Source: Squalus acanthias
Lineage: Eukaryota
Direction: 5' to 3'
Length of the DNA: 64,000 nt
NCBI GenBank assembly: GCA_030390025.1
Contig: JASTWF010000033.1
Span: forward strand, 4,900,001-4,964,000
Each line of letters begins with the position of its first letter. Positions within the stretch are counted from its first letter, which is position 1. Made by a program: the position numbers and the translations under genes. Shown in pieces: positions 37,119-47,495 of this stretch. Below the pieces are notes generated by a model. The model saw only the letters and a program-made list of their open reading frames with translations. It was not told where the DNA came from and did no database searches.

Positions 37119-38279
37119 ATGGGGGCTGCAATGATTGGGGGCGTCGTCCTGCTCCAGCTCAATCGGAGCAGAGTGAGACGCAGACAGAGAGTGGCAATGA
37201 TGGCCAGACGGAGGAGGCCCATCAGGCGCATGTACAGGAGAGCTTACCCTCCCAGGGTATATCGTGAACAGCTCTCCTACATCCACATGTCCGAGGAGCT
37301 GTGTTTGTGAAGGCTGCGATTCAGCAAGGAGGTGGTCACTGAGCTCTGCCACCTGCTGCAGCCAGATCTGCAGCCTCAGCTGAGGTCCAGGACGTCTCTG
37401 TCGGTGGCAGTGAAGGTCACAGTGGCCTTGAACTTCTACGCCACTGGCTCATTCCAAGCTGCTGTTGGGGACCTCGCCAATATCTCCCAGTTTGCGGTGC
37501 ATCGCTGCATCCGGCAGGTCACCAATGCCCTCTTCACAAGGAGACGAGACTTCATCTCCTTCCCTATGACCCCAGACAAGCAGCATGACCGTGCTATGGG
37601 CTTTGCGAGGGTAGCGGGCTTCCCCATGGTGCAGGGCGCCATTGACTGCACGCATGTGACTTTGCGTGCTCCGCGAGAGAATGCAGAGGAGTTCCGGAAC
37701 AGAAAGGGGTTCCATTCCTTGAATATGCAGTTGGTCTGTGACCACAGACAGGTGATTCTCGCTGTCAATGCCCACTATCCGGGCAGCTGCCACGATGCTT
37801 TCATCCTGCGCCAGAGTGCTGTGGCAGAAATTTTCGAGGCACCGCATCAGCCAGTCGGTTGGCTTCTGGGGGACAAGGGGTACGCATTGAGCACCTGGCT
37901 GATGACACCGCTCCGTGCGCCAAACACCCCTGCTGAGCTGCGGTACCAGGAAAGCCAACAAGCAACGAGGAACATTATTGAGCGCACAATCGGCGTGCTC
38001 AAACAACGATTCCGCTGTCTGGACCATTCCGGAGGAGCCCTGCAGTACTCGCCTGAGCAAGTTTCCAAATTCGTAGTGGTGTGCTGCATGTTGCACAACA
38101 TGGCAATCCTCAGGACGCAGCCAATGCCACCAGGCCTTGCAGCACCACAAGAGGAGGAGGAGGAAGAGGAGGAACAGGCCGAGGACGATGATCAGCAGCA
38201 GCACCAAGGCAGGAGGGCGGCCCACAATGGTGAAACTGCAAGGGCCGTCCGTCAACGACTAATAGCAAGCCGCTTCTAG
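37119..38279 (+). pseudogene. Harbinger/HARBI1-like DDE transposase with one in-frame TGA (37308-37310)
   Basis: ORFs 37119-37310 and 37332-38279 are in one frame (ELCL*RLRF). Motifs GAIDCTH, NRKGFHSLN, PGSCHD, LLGDKGY, IERTIGVLKQRFRCL and CCMLHN. Confidence 0.9.
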
Positions 38280-38573
38280 GGCCCCTGCCAGTGCTACAAA
38301 CACGAATCAACCCAGCACGCAACCCCTAAGCCGGCCAAGGCACCAATAATTCCAACCACCAGCCATGTATATTTTGAATACAGAAACTTATTTATTGTAC
38401 AAACTCTGTGTGTGTCAATTCCTCATGACAAACTCATAGAAATAAACACAAAAAAACAGTCAATAATATAACTGGTTCTCACAACCTGGAGATAATGTCC
38501 AAAACACTAAACAAAAGTTGGGCCATGAACCTCGGCCTTTAATAAAAAAATGACCAGCATTTTGGCACACCTC

Positions 38574-40449
38574 CTACTTTTTGCCCTTCGAGGGTGATCT
38601 CCTTCCCTTGCGCACTTCCCCCCTTCTAACCCTACTGCTCCTCCGTAATGGGACCTCAGTGGCTGCAGCAAGGCTGGTGGAAGGCTGCTGCTTGTCAGAC
38701 CCTGACACTGCAGATGCCCCTGAAGGCCGGCCTCGACCACTTCTGGGCCTGGAGGGCCCGGCTGCAGACTGCACCAACTCTGCATGGGCGGCAGCAGTCT
38801 GTCCTACAGGCGGTGGCAAGTGCAGTGGAGAAGTGACAGTGTTGGCAGCAGGAATGCTGTCATCGTGAGAGAGGACAGCAACTCCCTGCTCGCCCGACAC
38901 ACTGGCACTCCCACGGGGCAGCACTTCAGCATCCGGAGCAATTTGCCTGAGAACAGATTGCTGGCCTGCTGCGGCGCGGTGACAGCCCCGGGGACATGTG
39001 CACGAACCATCGAGGATGGCAGCAGTCAGTGCTCGCGTGGCCTCAATCTGAGTCTGCATGAGAGCAGGCTCAGATGGGTTCCTGGCAGCCAGTGACTGAA
39101 TTGCAGCAGTAAGCTTTAGTGTGGCATCCGCCTGTGCTACAGCGAAGTGCTCCACACTCCTTGCCAGTGCCTCAATGCATTCGGGCACCCTTCCCACTGC
39201 ACCCATGAGCTCAGTGTGCATGACCACCGCCTGGCTGTTCATTTCTGCAATCATCCGCTCCTCCTCTGCGTCCATTGCATTAGGAGTGTCTGGCATACTC
39301 TCCCTCTGGGGAGAAGGCTCCCGTTCTTCCCTCCCCCCCCCCCATGGCGTTGCTGCAGCCCGCTGGGTCCTGGAACTTCACCATCATCAGCCCCTTCCCC
39401 CCTGCTCCCCTCCGGGGAAGGCGTGTTCCCAGTGTGGCCATGGGCTTCCTCGGGAGAGGGTGGCACTGATGCTCCGGCTTCCTCCTCCTCAGCTGCAGCA
39501 TCACTCCCAGTGGCAGCTTCAGGGACCATCTCCTCAGCTGGTGAATCACCATCTGAAAGCAGGGAGGTACAAGAGTGGCTTTAGCGTGAGGACAGGGTGG
39601 CAGTAAGGGAGGAATAAGTGCAGCGAGTTAGCAAGTTGGATTGAAAGTGTCAAAGGCTGGTATTGTGAGGGACAAGTGGAAGGACAGAGGACAAAAAGGT
39701 GATGACCTTACCATTGCTGTCCACAACGGGGTCGGCGTCCCCAGTGGCGACGGGACCGATCACCCGGCTTGCCACAATCCTGTGGACGCGCTCCTCCAGA
39801 TCGCTGAGGGGTTGCAGCTGAAGCCGCCCTCCACCCGTCCGTTGCTGCTGTCTCCGATTATGAGCCAGCTTAGCCTGCAAGAAAAAGGACAGCATCTGAG
39901 TCAATATACAGCCATGGTCTTGCCTGATGTGCCTCCCATAGGTGAATAGCCCTTACAATATGCAGCCATGGTCTTGCCTGATGTGCCTCCCATAGGTGAA
40001 TAGCCCTTACAATATGCAGCCATGGTCTTGCCTGATGTGCCTCCCATAGGTGAATAGCCCTTACTGTATGCAAAGTGTGGAATGTGTGTGTGTGTTTGAT
40101 GAAAGGGCCATAGGTGTTGGATGAGTGTTGTGCATTGGGGTTTTAAGACCCTCTGGCCATAGAGTGAGGTTGAGATGGAGGGATGGAGAGGTATTGAGAA
40201 AAAGCCACTCACCCTGACGACCCGAGTGAGGTCGTTGAACTTTTTGCGGCACTGGACATGGGTCCTGGGCACCATGCTCCTGGAGGAGACGCTCTGAGCC
40301 ACCTCCCTCCACACTCTTCTGAACTCGCGTGGCAAAGGCCTCCTGCCACTCTCTGGGAACAGCATGCATCGTCTGCGCTCCACTGCGTCAACCAGAGCAT
40401 CCAAGGCCCGCTCGGTGAAGCGATGAGCGCGTTCTCTCACCCTCTCCAT
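38574..40449 (-). CDS. Harbinger Myb/SANT-like (trihelix) DNA-binding protein; predicted exons 40213-40449, 39712-39874, 38574-39552; one frameshift in a poly-G run near 39333-39342
   Basis: RAHRFTERALDALV..WREVA..QCRKKFNDL followed by AKLAHNRR..RTGGG. Canonical GT-AG sites (AGG|GTGAGT, TTGCAG|, G|GTAAGG, TTTCAG|) keep the frame. Basic NLS-like C-terminus. Confidence 0.8.
39903..40064. repeat. 54-bp tandem repeat x3 in Myb-gene intron 1
   Basis: Unit AATATGCAGCCATGGTCTTGCCTGATGTGCCTCCCATAGGTGAATAGCCCTTAC. Confidence 0.9.
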
Positions 40450-43112
40450 TCTTGGCAGCAAAATGGATTACAGGTCTCTCCAGGCTGAGATTCAAGGCTG
40501 CAATGAGCAGGGTGTGGCTGGGGAGCAAGTGCCCCCCCCCCGCTTTAAGAAGTGTCCGGCGCCAGTGTGTCTGTGTTACCGCGCTAACTGGCAGCAGCTG
40601 CGCTGCGCTCGTGCGCTGAGTTAGCGCCTCACTCCTAGGCCTTTGCGCCTTAAGAGAGGTGTGCAGCGCCTAATTTAGCGCTCCACTCACCTCCCGGGGC
40701 GGTAAAAGTGAAGTTTCCTGTCAGTGCCGATAATTAGCGCCAGGCGCTAATATTTGCGCGCGGACGATATTTGCGCCCCAAATGGGGCGCGACCTAATTT
40801 CTACCCCCTTATCTACCTGTCCTGCTGCCTTCATGGATCTATGTACATGGATACCAAGGTCCCTCTGATCCTCTGTCCTTCCTAGGATCATACCATTCGT
40901 TGTTTATTCCCTTGCCTTGTTTGTCCTCCCAAAATGCATCACCTCACACTTTTCAGGGTTAAATTCAATTTGCCACTGTTCTGCCCATCTGACCATTCCG
41001 TCTATATCGTCCTTTACCCTGAGGCTTCCCTCCTCGCTATTTACCACTGCACCAATTTTCGTGTCATCTTCGAACTTACTGATCATACCTCCTACATTCA
41101 TATCCAAATCATTAATGTACACGACAAACAGCAAGGGACCCAGCACCGATCCCTGCGGTACAGCACTGGATACAGGCTTCCAGTCACAGAAACAACCTTT
41201 CACCATCACCCTCTGCCTCCTGCCACTAAGCCAATTTTGGATCCAATGTGCCAAGTTGCCCTGGATCCCATGGGCTTTTACCTTCTCGATCAGTCTCCCA
41301 TGCGGGACTTTCTCAAAAGCCTTACTGAAGTCCATGTAGACTACACCAACTGCACTACCCTCATCCACACACCTAGTCACCCGCTCGAAAAATTCAATCA
41401 AATTGGTTCGACATGATCTCCCCCTGACAAAGCCAAGCTGACTATCCCTGATTAATCCCTGCCTGTCCAAGTGGAGACTAATTCTGTCCCTCAGAATTTT
41501 TTCCAATAATTTACCTACCACGGATGTTAGGCTCACTGGCCTGTAATCATCTGGTTTATCCCTACTACCCTTCTTAAACAATGGTAATACGTTAGCTGTT
41601 CTCCAGTCCTCTGGCACCTCCCCTGTTGCACGAGAGGTTCTAAAAATTTGGGTCAGAGCCCCTGCAATCTCCTCCCTAGCCTCACACAGCAGCCTGGGAT
41701 ATATCCCGTCAGGGCCTGGGGATTTATCCACTTTTAAGCCCGCTAAAACCGCTAGTACCTCCTCCCTCTCAATAATAATTTGTTCAAATATATCACAATC
41801 CCGCTGCCTGATTTCTATGCCTACGTCACCCTCTCCATATTGAACACAGATGCAAAATATTCATTTAAAACCTCACTTATATCTTACGGAGCTGCACACA
41901 GATTGCCACTTTGGTCCCTAATGGGCCCTACTCTTGCCCTGGTTATCCTCTTGCCCTTAATATACATTAAAAACACCTTGGGATTTTCCTTTATTTTGCC
42001 TGCCAATGTTTTTTCATGCCCCCTATCGCTGTCCTAATTTCTGTTTTAAGTACCCCCCCTGCACTTTCTATACTCCTCTAGGGCTTCCACTGTTTTTAGT
42101 CCTTTGTATCTGCCAAAAGATTCCCTTTTTTAACGAATCAATTGTTGTATATCCCTTGACATCCTTGGGTCCCAGGGCTTGTTGGTCTCACCCTTGACCG
42201 TTACAGGAACATGTTGGCATTGTACTCTCTCTATTTCCTTTCTGCAAGACTCCCATTGCTCTGATGTGGATTTTCCTACAAGTAGCTGATCCCAGTCCAT
42301 TTTGGCCAGATCCTGCCTTACCATTTGAAAATCGGCCTTCCCCAATTTAGAGAGAAGTACACGAGGTAGAAAGCAGTAGAAGGTTATGCTGATAGGGTGA
42401 TATGAAGCGGGGTGGGAGGAGGCTCCAGTGGAGCATAAACACTGGCATAACCTAGTGTGGCCGAATGGCCTGTTTTGTGCAGTAATTTCTAAGGAGTTCT
42501 CCGTAACTTCAATACAAATTAATCCCATTCATCAGTTAATTTAATAATTGTGGATATTGAAGTGTTTTATTTATTGAAACATTGCCCTATATATTACATT
42601 ATTATCAAGTTATTAATGCTATTATTTACTGCCCTCGGGAATCATCTGTGTATTATGAAAACCCGATATGCATGTTCTTCAGTTATACGTGTCCCTCCTC
42701 GCAGGGAATCACCTCACTGAGCTAAGGCCAGAGATCGTTGCAGATTATCTGTGTAGAGACTCTGAATCAGAGGTAAGAACTGGTTCGTCAAACCTTAATC
42801 AGTTCCAGAAGTGGAATACTCAAAAACCACAGCCCAATATTCAGCCCGTCTAACGGTAACATAATGAAATTCAGCACTTATGACCCACAGATTCTCAGGA
42901 CTGTGTTGGGGGAAGGGGATTAATCAGCACCAAAAAAATTAAAGTGTTTACAATAACTATACATAGAGTAAGAATAAGTCATTATGCAGAGGATTTGAAT
43001 ACTGTGAAACTACTGTCCTGCTGTTTACCTGTCAGTAATTAGTTAACATCTGTTTCTGTTGGTGCAGTTCAATAGGAAACAAAGCATTATCAATACATTT
43101 CACCTTATATAT

Positions 43113-43615
43113 GAACATAAGATCATAAGAAACAGGAGCAGGAGTAGGCCTTACGGCCCCTCGAGCCAGCTCCGCCATTCAATAAGATCATGGCTGATCA
43201 TCGACCTCAATAGCCCTTTCCTGCCCTATCTCCATATCCCTTGATTCCCCGAGAGTCCAAAAATCCATCTATCTCAGTCTTGAAAATACTCAAAGACTCA
43301 GCATTTACAGGCCTCTGTGGAAGAGACTTCCAAAGATTCACAAACCTCTGAGTATAGAATATCCTTCTCATTCAGTCTTACATGGCCTACCCCTTATCCT
43401 GATAATATGCCCCCTATTTCTAGACACTCCAGCCAGGAGAAACAACCTCTCAGCATCGAACCTTGGCAAATCCCTTCAGAATCTTTTATGTTTCAATGAG
43501 ATCAAATCTCATTCTTCTAAACTGCAGAGAGTATAAGCCCATTCTACACAATCTCTCATCATAGGACAGCCCTCTCATCCTAGGAATCAATCTCGTGAAC
43601 CTTCGCTGCAGCCCC
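43113..43615 (-). mobile_element. CR1 3' fragment
   Basis: Tail plus 3'-UTR stem-loop region and RT C-terminus. Confidence 0.8.
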
Positions 43616-43758
43616 TCATATGCTTATAACCAAACTTCTTCAATCAACAGCAAAAATCTTCCCCTTAGCCATTGATTACATTGTGAAAACACGAATGCAG
43701 CTCCATAAAGGGGATAGATCATTTATCTAAAACAATAATTTCAAATTGGAAACGACTT

Positions 43759-43973
43759 GTTCCACTCCGGTTAGTGACCCAGACTCAGTACAGTTCTACA
43801 GTGACAGATACTCCCAGTAATACATGGCCTTTGAGGTCAGATGTTCCACTCCAGTTAGTGACCCACACTCAGTACAGTTCTACAGTGACAGATACTCCCA
43901 GTAATACATGGCCACTGGGGTCAGGTGTTCCACTCCAGTTAGTGACCCACACTCAGTGGTTCTACAGTGACAG
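43759..43973. repeat. 84-bp tandem repeat (about 2.6 copies)
   Basis: GTTCCACTCC..TTAGTGACCCA recurs at 43759, 43843 and 43927. Confidence 0.85.
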
Positions 43974-44290
43974 TCCCTTCCACTAATACCTTCTCTCAGA
44001 GAGTTACTTACACTTAGGTCTGATTCAACAGTACACACTATTACACTGAAGGCAATAATTTCATAAAACAGCGAGCCCGTGAGTAACAAACAGAATTTTA
44101 CTTTCAGTTGAGGCAATTGAATAAAACCTCAGATAATTCAGGACATTTGACTGAACGAAATGATATCATTGATCAGTTGTCTGTATAACGGTGACCACTA
44201 GATCAGAATGTAACATTATCAGTCACAGAGCAAAACCAGAGACCAGCTGACACACAGATTTACACTACTTCAATGGTTATACTCACTCAC

Positions 44291-44357
44291 CTGGAACACC
44301 AATGACGGCAATGATCATGTAGTATATTTTCTCCAGATGTTGATTTGGCAGATTCAT
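44291..44357 (-). CDS. Exon 1 of the GPR139-like GPCR (MNLPNQHLEKIYYMIIAVIGVP, phase 1)
   Basis: AAAATG start, 22 codons + G, donor CAG|GTGAGT. It splices in frame to exon 2 (G|TG = Val) to complete TM1: IYYMIIAVIGVPVNLLAIVIL. Confidence 0.88.
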
Positions 44358-44442
44358 TTTCTGTGTGAAGCGATGTGTCCCTTCGTGCTGCAGGCAATCT
44401 CTCTGAATTAAACTCTGAGGCGGGACATTCCCAGAGCCTTTC

Positions 44443-44449
44443 ATTTATA
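44443..44449 (-). promoter_or_regulatory. TATA box of the GPCR gene
   Basis: GGGTATAAATG on the minus strand, about 85 bp upstream of the ATG. Confidence 0.6.
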
Positions 44450-44861
44450 CCCTGCGGGATCTCCACGAGGACATTGAGGTTGCAACATCGCTGAAAATAC
44501 TACTTTAAAAAAACATTTGAAAAAACAGATGACGACAGCCGAGTTAATTCCCTGTTGTGATGGAATATATTTAGTGCTGAGATTGAAATTGAAAACCCCA
44601 AAGACCGGAGAATTCTGATCACATGAATTAACAAATGGAAATTGCCAGCTGTATTCTCCCAACAATGGGGTTGTTGTTGCAAACACCAGCAGACCCATCT
44701 CTAGACCTCATATTGTTTCGGTGATGACCTTCACTCTGCTGTGGCCATTCAGTAATTAAATTCCAAATGTTAGATTGTCTGCTGCACTCTGGGATGGGGC
44801 TGTCCACCTTAACTGTGGGTATTTAGTTAAACAATTAAAGTGGGGAATTTGTGTCGATAGA

Positions 44862-46821
44862 TCCTCAAACGAATACACACACTCAAATTAATACAACTCC
44901 TCAAACTGATACAACCCCTCAAACTAATACAGCCCCTCAAACTAATACTGCCCCTCAAACTAATACAGCCCCTCAATCTAATACACCCCCTCAAACTAAT
45001 ACAGCCCCTCAAACTAATACTGCCCCTCAAACTAATACAGCCCCTCAATCTAATACACCCCCTCAAACTAATACAGCCCCTCAAACTAATACAGCCCCTC
45101 AATCTAATACACCCCCTCAAACTAATACTGCCCCTCAAACTAATACATCCCCTCAAACTAATACAGTACCTCAGTCTAATACAGCCCCTCAAACTAATGC
45201 AGTACCTCAAACTTATACACCCCCTCAAACTAATACAGAACCTGAAACTAATACAGACCTTCAAACTAATACAGACCCTCAAACTAATACAGCCCCTCAA
45301 ACTAATACAGAACCTGAAACTAATACAGACCTTCAAACTAATACAGACCCTCAAACTAATACAGCCCCTCAAACTAATGCAGTACCTCAAACTAATACAG
45401 CCCCTCAAACTAATGCAGTACCTCAAACTAATACAGCCCCTCAAACTAATGCAGTACCTCAAACTAATACAGCCCCTCAAACTAATACAGCCCCTCAAAC
45501 TAATACAGCCCCTCAAACTAATGCAGTACCTCAAACTTATACACCCCCTCAAACTAATACAGCCACTCAAACTAATACAGCCCCTCAATCTAATACAGAC
45601 CCTAAAACTAATACAGTACCTCTAACTAATAGAGTACCTCAAACTAATACAGACCCTCAAACTAATACAGACCCTCAAACTAATACCGTACCTCAAACTA
45701 ATACAGAACTTCAAACTAATACAGCCCCTCTATCTAATACAGCAACTCAAACGATTACAGCCCCTCAAACTAATACAGACCCTCAAACTAATACAGTACC
45801 TCAAACTAATACAGACCCTCAAACTAATACAGCCCCTCTATCTAATACAGCCCCTCAAACTATTACAGCCCCTCAAACTAATGCAGACCCTCAAACTAAT
45901 ACAACCCCTCAAACTAATACAGCCCCTCAAACTAATACAGCTCCTCAAACTATTACAGCCCCTCAAACTAATGCAGAACCTCAAACTGATACAACCCCTC
46001 AAACTAATACAGACCCTCAATCTAATACAGTACCTCAAACTAATACAGCCCCTCAAACTAATGCAGTACCTCAAACTAATACACCCCCTCAAACGAATAC
46101 ACCCCCTCAAACTAATACAGACCCACAAACGAATACAGCCCCTGAAACAATTACAGCCCCTCAAACTAATACAGCCCATCAAACTAATACAGTCCCTCAA
46201 TCTAATACAGCACCTCAAACTATTACAGCCCCTCAAACTAATACAGCCCCTCAAACTAATACAGCCCCTGAAACAAATACAGCCCCTCAAACTAATACAG
46301 ACCCTCAAACTAATACAGCCCCTCAATCTAATACAGCACCTCAAACAATTACAGCCCCTCAAACTAATACAGCACCTCAAAACATTACAGCCCCTCAAAC
46401 TAATACAGCCCCTCAAACTAATACAGATCCTCAAACTAATACAGTACCTCAAACTAATACAGCCCCTCAATCTAATACATCCCCTCAAACTAATACAGTA
46501 GCACAAACTAATACAGCCTCTCAATCTAATACAGTACCTCAAACTAATGCAGCCCCTCAATCTAATACATCCCCTCAAACTAATACAGCAGCACAAACTA
46601 ATACAGCCCCTCAATCTAATACAGTACCTCAAACTAATATTTTCCCTCAATGTAATACATCCCCTCAAACTAATACAGCCTCTAAAACTAATACAGTACC
46701 TCAAACTAATACAGCCCCTCAAACTAATACAGTACCTCATACTAATACAGCACCTCAGCCTAATACGGTACCTCAAACTAATACAGCCCCTCAATCTAAT
46801 ACATCCCCTCAAACTAATACA
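44862..46821. repeat. 18-bp minisatellite (about 2 kb)
   Basis: Unit CCTCAAACTAATACAGCC with variants, more than 100 copies; followed by a T/C-rich low-complexity tract to 46995. Confidence 0.95.
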
Positions 46822-46995
46822 TCTTTTAATCCTTTTGTCTTTTATTCCCATTTTTTTTTCCTCTTGTCTTTTATTAACCTTGTCTTTTATTGCTGTTGTC
46901 TTTTATTCCACTTGTCTTTTATTCATCTTGTCTTTTATTCCTCTTGTCTTTCACTCTCATTGTCTTTTATTCCTTTTGTGTTTTATTACTCTTGT

Positions 46996-47495
46996 NNNNN
47001 NNNNNNNNNNNNNNNNNNNNNNNNNNNNNNNNNNNNNNNNNNNNNNNNNNNNNNNNNNNNNNNNNNNNNNNNNNNNNNNNNNNNNNNNNNNNNNNNNNNN
47101 NNNNNNNNNNNNNNNNNNNNNNNNNNNNNNNNNNNNNNNNNNNNNNNNNNNNNNNNNNNNNNNNNNNNNNNNNNNNNNNNNNNNNNNNNNNNNNNNNNNN
47201 NNNNNNNNNNNNNNNNNNNNNNNNNNNNNNNNNNNNNNNNNNNNNNNNNNNNNNNNNNNNNNNNNNNNNNNNNNNNNNNNNNNNNNNNNNNNNNNNNNNN
47301 NNNNNNNNNNNNNNNNNNNNNNNNNNNNNNNNNNNNNNNNNNNNNNNNNNNNNNNNNNNNNNNNNNNNNNNNNNNNNNNNNNNNNNNNNNNNNNNNNNNN
47401 NNNNNNNNNNNNNNNNNNNNNNNNNNNNNNNNNNNNNNNNNNNNNNNNNNNNNNNNNNNNNNNNNNNNNNNNNNNNNNNNNNNNNNNNNNNNNNN
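46996..47495. other. Assembly gap (500 N)
   Basis: Run of N. Confidence 1.

Larger units (their letters stand above)
36607..40807. mobile_element. Near-intact autonomous PIF/Harbinger DNA transposon (4.2 kb)
   Basis: TIRs GGGGTAAAAATT / AATTTCTACCCC; imperfect 3-bp TSD CTG/CTT; GC-rich subterminal TAGCGC/GCGCTAA repeats; convergent transposase and Myb/SANT genes. Confidence 0.92.
36534..42350 (-). mobile_element. CR1 ORF2 fragment (36534-36606 + 40808-42350) interrupted by the Harbinger
   Basis: RT ORF 40904-41731. The Harbinger flanks rejoin as CR1 sequence (...TTTAAACAC|CTTATCTACCTG). Confidence 0.8.

Noticed and set aside
37449..38255. 268-aa antisense ORF and other shadow ORFs over TE coding regions
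   Set aside because: They are opposite-strand or alternative-frame artefacts of GC-rich TE ORFs, with no recognisable domains.
37119..38279. Domesticated host gene HARBI1
   Set aside because: It lies between TIRs and a TSD with a Myb partner and has a premature stop, so it is a transposon copy.
39903..40064. CRISPR-like arrays (also the 29-bp, 84-bp and 18-bp repeats)
   Set aside because: These are head-to-tail repeats without unique spacers, in eukaryotic DNA with no cas genes.
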